DNA of 64,000 nucleotides from Candidatus Nitrospinota bacterium M3_3B_026 (GTDB lineage Bacteria; Nitrospinota_A; UBA7883; JBPRGF01): NCBI GenBank assembly GCA_051418015.1, contig JBPRGF010000009.1, positions 1 to 64,000 of the forward strand, read 5' to 3'. Shown piece by piece: positions 56,235 to 64,000 of this stretch (position 1 is its first letter; each line of letters starts with the position of its first letter). The notes under the pieces were generated by a model. It saw only the letters and a program-made list of their open reading frames with translations, ran no database searches and was not told where the DNA came from. The position numbers and the translations under genes were made by a program.

Positions 56235-57182
56235 ATGGTTTCGGCCCTGAAGACGATGATCTATACTCCCCGAATGCGAAACCTTTTGACCGCGTTTTTA
56301 GCCCTCTGTTTTCTAGCCGCCGCTCCCTCCCTCGCCGATGTCAGGGCGCCGGAGCTTGTGACCGTGGCCGCCGATGCCGTCGTCAAGGTGACGAACGAGG
56401 ACTACGCGAGGGCAAGGCAGGAGGCGAAAGACCTGGCCTTCAAGTCCGCCGCGCGCAAGGCCGTCGCGGGGATAGTCTCCGCCGGGGAGTTCGAACGGCT
56501 GCGGGAGCGGATTGAGGCGAAGATAGTGGAAAAGAGCGCCGGGTTCGTCAAAAGCTATAAATTCCTCGAGGAGAAGGCCGATCCGGTGGCGGACGCGCTG
56601 CTGGTGAGGCTGCAGGTGACGCTTTTCCTGGACGACCTGAGAAAGGCGGCGAGAGAGCTTGGCGCGAGGATGATGCCGCGGGCGCTCCCGAGACTGTTGG
56701 TGATCGTCGACGAGCGCAGCGAAAGCTTCATCTCCGGCGGCGATTTCCTGCTGTCGAACTCCCGGTCGGAGCGGATACTGGCCGGTGTGTTCCGCGACAG
56801 GGGGTTCCGGGTCGTGGATCGGGGTGACGTCCGGGGGACGCGGTACGGGGAGACCGTGGCGGAGGCGATGGAGGGCGATCAAGCCGCCATGGCCGAGCTT
56901 GGCGCGGCGTTCGATGTCGATCTTCTGGCGCTTGGCCGCGCGGAGGTGACGGCCATCCCCACGGAGAAGGGGGAGCGCGTCGAAACCGTCGTAAGCGTCT
57001 CCCTGCTCAGGCCTTCTGTGGGGGAGGAGCTTGTGAAAAGAGAGGAGGGCGAGAAGGGGCTTTATGGCGACGTTCTGGAAGGAAGCCTGGACACCATAGA
57101 GAAAGCCGCGCGCCGCCTCGCCTCCGAAATGGCCCTGGACATAAGGGCTGCCTGGAGGATGATAAGGGAGAGAGAGGGATAA
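56235..57182 (+). CDS. Hypothetical exported protein
   Basis: Signal peptide MRNLLTAFLALCFLAAAPSLA; no family assigned. Confidence 0.4.
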   Translation: MVSALKTMIYTPRMRNLLTAFLALCFLAAAPSLADVRAPELVTVAADAVVKVTNEDYARARQEAKDLAFKSAARKAVAGIVSAGEFERLRERIEAKIVEKSAGFVKSYKFLEEKADPVADALLVRLQVTLFLDDLRKAARELGARMMPRALPRLLVIVDERSESFISGGDFLLSNSRSERILAGVFRDRGFRVVDRGDVRGTRYGETVAEAMEGDQAAMAELGAAFDVDLLALGRAEVTAIPTEKGERVETVVSVSLLRPSVGEELVKREEGEKGLYGDVLEGSLDTIEKAARRLASEMALDIRAAWRMIREREG

Positions 57183-57184
57183 CA

Positions 57185-58282
57185 ATGAAGGAAATGTGGG
57201 CCGCCCCGGCTTTCCGGGCGATTGTCCTGCTGTCCGCCGCGGCGGCGTCGCTGTGGCTTGTGTACGAGGCCCGGGCGGTGATCCTGCCCTTCGCCGCCGC
57301 TTTTTGTCTCGCTTATCTGCTGGACCCCGTCATAGACAGGGTGGAGCGGCTGGGGCTTGGCAGGCAGGCGGCGATAATCAGCCTCCTCCTGGTTGTTTTT
57401 CTTCTGGCCGTGGCCGCTCTCTTTTTCCTCGCGCCGATCGCATGGGGACAGGCGCTTGCGCTGGGGGAGAACATCCCGCGGTATATCGAGACGCTGCAGG
57501 AGAAGGTCGCGCCCCTGCTCGAGTCCATCCCCCACGTGAACACGGAGAGCGTGGAGAAGGCGTTGCGGGAGGGGCTCGGCGCGGCAGGCGGCGCTCCCGT
57601 AAGAATCGCGAAGGGGGCGGCGGAGTGGGCATGGTCGGGCCTTTCCAGCGTGGTGGGGCTGGCGGCGGCTCTTCTGAACCTGGTGGTGATACCGGTCGCC
57701 ACCTATTACCTGCTGAAGGATTTCGACCATATCGTCGAGGCCGCCGCTCTGCGCGTCCCGCCGCGCCACAGGGAGTGGGCGGAGCTGTTTTTCAGCAAAA
57801 TAAACTCCACCTTGAGCGCCTTCTTCCGGGGCCAGCTTGTCGTGGCGGCGATAATGGCCGCGATCCTTTCCACGGGGCTTTTCCTGATCGGGACGCCCAT
57901 GGGCCTCTTGATCGGCCTTGCCGCGGGGCTGGCCAACATAGTTCCGTATCTTGCCGTGATCGTCGGCCTCACGCCCGCCCTCCTGCTGACTTATCTCCAG
58001 TTCGGCGACTGGAGCCATCTTCTGATGGTTGTTCTGCTGTTCTCCGGGGCGCAGGCGCTGGAAGGTTTTGTCATATCGCCGAAGGTGCTGGAAAAGGCTT
58101 TGGGGCTCCATCCGGTGGCCGTTATCGTGGCGCTCATGGCCGGGGGCGCGTTCTTCGGGTTCGTGGGGATTCTGCTGGCCGTGCCCGTGGCGGCGGTTCT
58201 CCGGGTGGCCTTCGAGGAGGCGGACGGGGCGTATCTTAAATCCCGGTTCTACCTTGGCGGGCCGGGGGTGGGGGAGGGCTGA
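57185..58282 (+). CDS. AI-2E (PerM/UPF0118) family transporter
   Basis: 8 TM helices with characteristic AI-2E topology and motifs (LANIVPYLAVIVGL...GFVISPKV). Confidence 0.8.
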   Translation: MKEMWAAPAFRAIVLLSAAAASLWLVYEARAVILPFAAAFCLAYLLDPVIDRVERLGLGRQAAIISLLLVVFLLAVAALFFLAPIAWGQALALGENIPRYIETLQEKVAPLLESIPHVNTESVEKALREGLGAAGGAPVRIAKGAAEWAWSGLSSVVGLAAALLNLVVIPVATYYLLKDFDHIVEAAALRVPPRHREWAELFFSKINSTLSAFFRGQLVVAAIMAAILSTGLFLIGTPMGLLIGLAAGLANIVPYLAVIVGLTPALLLTYLQFGDWSHLLMVVLLFSGAQALEGFVISPKVLEKALGLHPVAVIVALMAGGAFFGFVGILLAVPVAAVLRVAFEEADGAYLKSRFYLGGPGVGEG

Positions 58283-58914
58283 GACTCTGCCCTGCCGTCT
58301 CGCCCCAGCGGGTGGAAGACCATCTCGCCCCTGGCGGTGTCCACCTCGAAGGAAAACCGTGACAGAAAGCTCATGCCGATGACGGCGCTCACCGGCCCAC
58401 GGCCGTCGAAGTCCATGACCACCGCGGGGATGTCCCGCGCCTCGGCGCCGCCCACCCTCACGCTCTTCAGCGTCACCACCGGCGCGGAGCCTGAGCCGCC
58501 GGGGTAGCTGAATCTTTTTTTCGCCGCGCCACCAGTGTCGTAGCCCAGGGCCGTGGCGAGTTTGGTTGTGATTATCACCGGTCCTGAACCTGTGTCCACC
58601 CATGCGCGGCGGCTGATCCCGCCGTCGAAGGCGGCTTCCACGCCTATCCTCTCCCCGGATGGGTCGAACGCGACGGCGGCCCTCCCTCCGCGGACGGCGC
58701 CCGGCGGCCGGGGCGCGCTCTCTTCCGCGCCGGTGACGGTGTGAACCCGCATGGGGGAGGCCTTGTCCCGGTATCGGGGCGGTATTTTAGCCGGGTCGCC
58801 GGTTATGTGGACCGCTCCCGCGTCGTCCTTCCACCGCCAGGCGGCGGGCGCCTCCCCGGCGGAGGCGGGCAGGGCGAGGGCGGCCATTATGAAAAAAGCG
58901 GCGAGGCGCGCCAT
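58249..58914 (-). CDS. Retropepsin-like (clan AA) aspartic protease with N-terminal DUF4124-like region, exported
   Basis: Signal peptide; AWVDTGSGPVIIT D-T-G-S active-site motif. Confidence 0.6.
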   Translation of the reverse strand: MARLAAFFIMAALALPASAGEAPAAWRWKDDAGAVHITGDPAKIPPRYRDKASPMRVHTVTGAEESAPRPPGAVRGGRAAVAFDPSGERIGVEAAFDGGISRRAWVDTGSGPVIITTKLATALGYDTGGAAKKRFSYPGGSGSAPVVTLKSVRVGGAEARDIPAVVMDFDGRGPVSAVIGMSFLSRFSFEVDTARGEMVFHPLGRDGRAESQPSPTPGPPR

Positions 58915-58916
58915 TG

Positions 58917-59726
58917 TCAGTCCGCCACTATGAAAGAGCCGTCAAAACCCTGTTCGACGGCGGCCGACAGCGCCGCCTGGGCCGCGTCCATGTCCGTGAA
59001 GGGGCCCACCTGAACCCTGGTGAGAGAGAGCCCCTCCGGCGTTGTCACGGGTTCCAGCCTTATCTTCTCCAGCGGGAAAAGGAGCCTCTCGCGGACACGC
59101 TCGGCGTTCTCCCTCACCCGGAAAGCGCCAACCTGGGCGTAGAACCTGCCGTGATAGAAATCCGGCGCCGGCTCTTCCGGGACCGGGGGGCCGCCGTCCG
59201 GCGACGGCCTGCCCCTGGCCAGCGCCACGACCCGAACCGGCGCCGTGCCCTTCTCCAGCATCCCCAGCCTGCGGGCGGCCTCGCGGGAAAGGTCGATGAC
59301 CCTGTCCGCCACGAAGGGGCCGCGGTCGTTTATCCTGACGACGATCTTGCCGTTTGTGTCCAGCCTTCTCACCTCGACGACGGTCCCGAGGGGCAGGGTC
59401 TTATGGGCGGCGGTCACCTTGTTCATGTCGTAGACCTCCCCGCTGGAGGTTTTCCGTCCGTGGAATTTTTTCCCGTACCAGGAGGCGGTCCCTTCCTGGG
59501 TGAAGCCGTAAGAGTCCGCCAGGGGGTAATAGGTGACGCCGTTGATTGTGTATGGCCGCGAGCTTTTGAGCCTTGGCGCCGGGGCCGCCGTCCGCTCCGG
59601 GGCCGATGACACGAGGGGATGGGTCTTTTTTATCCTCTCCCTCGACGCGCATCCCGAGGCGATCGCCACAATGACGACCGCCGCCAGCGCCGCCGTGGGG
59701 CGGACTTTTTCCCGCAAATACGCCAT
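58917..59726 (-). CDS. rlpA: Septal ring lytic transglycosylase RlpA (DPBB domain plus C-terminal SPOR domain), lipoprotein
   Basis: ASWYGKKFHGRKTSSGEVYDMNKVTAAHKTLPLGTVVEV DPBB; C-terminal FYAQVGAFRVRENAERV SPOR; lipobox IASGCAS. Confidence 0.8.
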   Translation of the reverse strand: MAYLREKVRPTAALAAVVIVAIASGCASRERIKKTHPLVSSAPERTAAPAPRLKSSRPYTINGVTYYPLADSYGFTQEGTASWYGKKFHGRKTSSGEVYDMNKVTAAHKTLPLGTVVEVRRLDTNGKIVVRINDRGPFVADRVIDLSREAARRLGMLEKGTAPVRVVALARGRPSPDGGPPVPEEPAPDFYHGRFYAQVGAFRVRENAERVRERLLFPLEKIRLEPVTTPEGLSLTRVQVGPFTDMDAAQAALSAAVEQGFDGSFIVAD

Positions 59727-59751
59727 AACGGTTACAATTTTCGCAGAAACC

Positions 59752-60015
59752 ATGAAAGATAGGCAAAGCAAATTGACCTTCCCCCTTTCCGCGCGGGGCA
59801 AGGACTGCCGCAGGATTCTCCTGAAAGTGGCGCCGGAGGATATCGCGTATCTTGTGATGGTCCTGGAAGGCTACGAGGTCCTGGGCGTGGCGCGGACCAT
59901 CAACCCGGAAGAGGGCGTGGTGGAGATACTCGCCTCGCCCGACTTCGCCGAGGACACGGCGCGGCTGCTTGCGGCTTTGAAAAGCGAGATACGCCTTGAG
60001 GTGATAAGGGCCTGA
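59752..60015 (+). CDS. DUF4911-like small protein
   Basis: LLKVAPEDIAYLVMVLEGYEVLGVARTINPEEGVVEIL resembles DUF4911; 87 aa. Confidence 0.4.
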   Translation: MKDRQSKLTFPLSARGKDCRRILLKVAPEDIAYLVMVLEGYEVLGVARTINPEEGVVEILASPDFAEDTARLLAALKSEIRLEVIRA

Positions 60016-60174
60016 CCGGGGCCTGAAAAGCGAGACAAGCCCGGGAAGTGACAAGAGCGGCGGTGGCGCGGCCACTGAAAATATTTCGCGCACCCTTTCC
60101 CGCCGCGTGGCATCGAATATGTCACGATTTCGCGCAAAATCGCGCGCGGCCCAATCTTCATGGGGGAAGGCAAG

Positions 60175-61083
60175 ATGAGAAAGCTGTCCGGTTTCGGTTT
60201 GTTCGTCGTTCTTTTGCTCACCAGCGCCTCCTTTTCCGCGGCGGAGACCATCCAGCCGTACATGAGCCTCGGCTCGGCGCCAGGCTCCGTCCAGGACGCG
60301 GAGGCCAGGGTCACCGGCGCGCTCACCTCCGCCGGGTTCGAGATCATAGGCTCATACTCCCCGGCGATGGACGAGAGCCTGCGCTCCATCGTCTTCACCA
60401 GGGGCGACCTTATCGGGGCGCTTTCGAAGCTCTCCGCGGAGCGGCTGCTGGCGGCGGCGCTCAAGGTGGGCCTGAAAAAGGATGGGGAGGAGGTGAAGGT
60501 GTCGATGGTGAACCCGGAGTTTCTGTTCCGGGCATACACGCAGGACGAGTTCTCCTCCGCCGAAGGCGCGCTGATGAGGGTCCACGAGGACGCGCTTTCC
60601 GCCCTGGGGTCCGCCGGCGGGTTTTCGGAGCCTTCGCCTTTCGGCGGCGGCGGGCTGGAGCGGGACGACCTGGCGGGATACCACTACATGTTCGGGATGG
60701 AGTATTTCGAGGACATGGTGAGGCTTGCCAAGGACGCGGGCTCGTTCGAGGAGCTTTCGGCCAGGGTGGAGAAGAACCTCGCGGAGAAAAAGGGCGGGGC
60801 GGAGCTTGTCTACTCCATAAAGCCTGAGGGAAAGAAAGTGGCCGTCTACGGCGTGGCGCTGACGGACAAGGAGAAGGGCGAGCCCCATTTTCTCCCCATA
60901 ATCGGGACGGACCACGCCGCGGCGATGCCCTACGAGATGATAGTGATAGACGACGGCGCCTTCATGCTGCATGGCAGGTATCGCATCGCCATACACTGGC
61001 CAGCCCTCACCATGATGACCTTCGGCAAGATCATGTCCACCCCGGGGGATATAGCCGATCAGATGAAGGCGGTGGCGCGGTAG
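60175..61083 (+). CDS. Hypothetical exported protein
   Basis: Signal peptide MRKLSGFGLFVVLLLTSASFSAAE; GGGGAAGG ribosome-binding site. Confidence 0.45.
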   Translation: MRKLSGFGLFVVLLLTSASFSAAETIQPYMSLGSAPGSVQDAEARVTGALTSAGFEIIGSYSPAMDESLRSIVFTRGDLIGALSKLSAERLLAAALKVGLKKDGEEVKVSMVNPEFLFRAYTQDEFSSAEGALMRVHEDALSALGSAGGFSEPSPFGGGGLERDDLAGYHYMFGMEYFEDMVRLAKDAGSFEELSARVEKNLAEKKGGAELVYSIKPEGKKVAVYGVALTDKEKGEPHFLPIIGTDHAAAMPYEMIVIDDGAFMLHGRYRIAIHWPALTMMTFGKIMSTPGDIADQMKAVAR

Positions 61084-61230
61084 GCTGGAAGGGTGTTGGT
61101 CAACATTGTCACGTTGAGCGCCAGCGAAGATTCCGTTTCGGACGCGATTATGAGATTCTTCGGCCCTCGGCCTCAGAATGACACTATATGAGCGGCCCGG
61201 AGTGACAATCGAAAACAGGTTTTCAACCTT

Positions 61231-62310
61231 CTAGCCCTCCGGCTCCTCTTCCACCAGGGTCACCTCCGAGGCGGCGCCGGCCTGGACGCCGTCCGGCTCC
61301 TTGGCGATGGTGAATCTCGCCCTCTGGCCCGTCTGGAGGGCCTGCCACTCGGCGTTGGTAAGATGTGTCACGTGGAAGAAGAAGCTGGCGCCGTCGTCTC
61401 GTTTTATGAACCCGAAACCGCGGTCTGTCTTGAGGCTTTCGATGACCCCGTCGTGGAGCCGGCCGTCGCCGTCCCCTGTGTTTTCACCGCAGCCTTGCGC
61501 GGGCGCCGCCACGGCGGACAGGCCCGCCGCGTTCTCGCGGGATCTCTCCTCCTCTTTCATCTCGGCGAACCTGGCCCTGCATGCGTCGCAGAAGAAGGGC
61601 TGGCCGTCGCGCAGGCGCAGGGTGGTGACGGTCTCCCTGGGCCCTTCGTGCAGGGGGGACTTGCACTCCACCACCCATTCTTCCGGCTTCCAGGCGATCT
61701 CGTCGACCATGTCGTTCAGCCAGATGATATCGAAGTCCTTGAGCTTGGCCCCCTCCTGCCTGTCGGCGTAGACCTTGGCGCAGGACTGCCGTATGGACGC
61801 CACGGCCACCCTCTTGCCGAGTTTTCGAACCTTTTCGAAGAGGGGGTAATAGTCCTTGTCCCCGACGACGGCGCAGGCCACGTCATAAGCGCCCGGCACG
61901 GCGGCGTAGTACATCATAGAGGCCGCCAGGGCTATGTCCACGCATTTTTCCTTGGGGGAGAAGCCGTCCTCCTCGCTCCTGTCGTCGTGGAGTATCCTGC
62001 GGCGCTGGTAGTCTATGGGGAAAGCCTCCACCTCGTAGTGGTAGTCCTCGCGCAGCAGAGTGAAAAAGTCCTTGCGGCGTTTGGCCCTGTCCTCGTCGGC
62101 GGGGTCGTAGTTGACGGGATAGCTGCCGAAAAGGAAGGATCGCACCAGGTCCATGTTCTCGATCCCGTTTCTCTTTTCGATCTCCCGCCTGAGGGTGCGG
62201 GGGAAAGCGCCGTAGTCGATGTAGAAGCCGGGCTGGTTGGACTCCTTGGCCAGGCTCCTGAGGTTTGAATAGAGCCATGTGCCGTCGATAAAAACCATCA
62301 ATTTAATCAT
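61231..62310 (-). CDS. NYN/LabA-like (PIN-fold) domain fused to C-terminal cold-shock (CSD) domain
   Basis: N-terminal MIKLMVFIDGTWLY (NYN signature); C-terminal DRGFGFIKRDDGASFFFH (CSD RNP-like motif). Confidence 0.65.
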   Translation of the reverse strand: MIKLMVFIDGTWLYSNLRSLAKESNQPGFYIDYGAFPRTLRREIEKRNGIENMDLVRSFLFGSYPVNYDPADEDRAKRRKDFFTLLREDYHYEVEAFPIDYQRRRILHDDRSEEDGFSPKEKCVDIALAASMMYYAAVPGAYDVACAVVGDKDYYPLFEKVRKLGKRVAVASIRQSCAKVYADRQEGAKLKDFDIIWLNDMVDEIAWKPEEWVVECKSPLHEGPRETVTTLRLRDGQPFFCDACRARFAEMKEEERSRENAAGLSAVAAPAQGCGENTGDGDGRLHDGVIESLKTDRGFGFIKRDDGASFFFHVTHLTNAEWQALQTGQRARFTIAKEPDGVQAGAASEVTLVEEEPEG

Positions 62311-62383
62311 CACCTGAAAAACTCCCGAATTTAAATTTATCAGCTTTCGCCGAACAGGGCCCGGCAATGCGGCGTTTTATCCG

Positions 62384-63784
<1,401 letters not shown>

Positions 63785-64000
63785 CGTTGATATTATGCTT
63801 CATCAGCCGCCGGTTGTCATTCCGGCGCTCCGGCGCGGCGAAGACCTCCTCGCAGGTTGCGGCGGCGGTTGTCCGGTATTATAATTTCCCTTGAAGTTCT
63901 CCGCTTCTCTATTGATGGGGTTTTTCCCCTGTTTTTAAACGTCGCTGGCGGCGGTCCATAGCCGGGGAAAAACATGGGTTCGCCGTTCTGGAGAGTTTAT

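Noticed and set aside
61084-61230. An ATTGTCAC … GTGACAAT 8-bp inverted pair about 80 nt apart in the convergent intergenic region between the exported protein gene and the NYN-CSD gene.
   Set aside because: The arms are too short and too widely spaced to call a terminator or operator confidently.
63961-64000. Possible start of a plus-strand gene (ATGGGTTCGCCGTTCTGG…) at the right edge.
   Set aside because: Only about 9 codons are visible and no ribosome-binding site is evident, so it cannot be supported.

Overview
High-GC (about 65%) bacterial chromosomal window, gene-dense on both strands, with overlapping-stop/start operons. Gene content (ahbA/ahbB alternative-heme genes, a membrane H+-pyrophosphatase, a sigma-54 activator, MglA/roadblock polarity genes, a flagellar flaG) suggests an anaerobic deltaproteobacterium-like (Desulfovibrio-type) organism; this is inference only. 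Most of the window is housekeeping: ispH, purL, prs, rplY, pth, hppA, miaA, apaH, rsmD, bioH-bioC-bioDA, ruvX, mltG, the rpmF-plsX-fabH block, mogA, tatA, rlpA, one tRNA-Gln, and several two-component signalling proteins. Five things stand out. (1) A 2.6-kb AT-rich island (30.6-33.25 kb) carries three tightly coupled genes for envelope proteins with no recognisable family: a secreted Cys/Trp-rich protein, a membrane-anchored protein and an outer-membrane beta-barrel. It is inserted between a pfkB-family sugar kinase gene and ahbB, and it is the best candidate for an undescribed, horizontally acquired system. (2) An MglA/roadblock small-GTPase cluster (47.4-53.8 kb) contains a PATAN(DUF4388)-TM-pseudopilin-like fusion protein, an MglA with a long C-terminal extension, and a TPR-roadblock fusion. 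(3) An IspH-UbiA-like prenyltransferase fusion protein. (4) An orphan ribbon-helix-helix antitoxin with a perfect 20-bp palindromic operator and a 29-codon relE/parE toxin remnant. (5) A near-consensus sigma-28 promoter driving flaG, plus scattered flagellin-glycosylation-type genes (two DUF115/Maf-like genes and a DegT aminotransferase). No CRISPR array, rRNA, integrase or transposase was seen.
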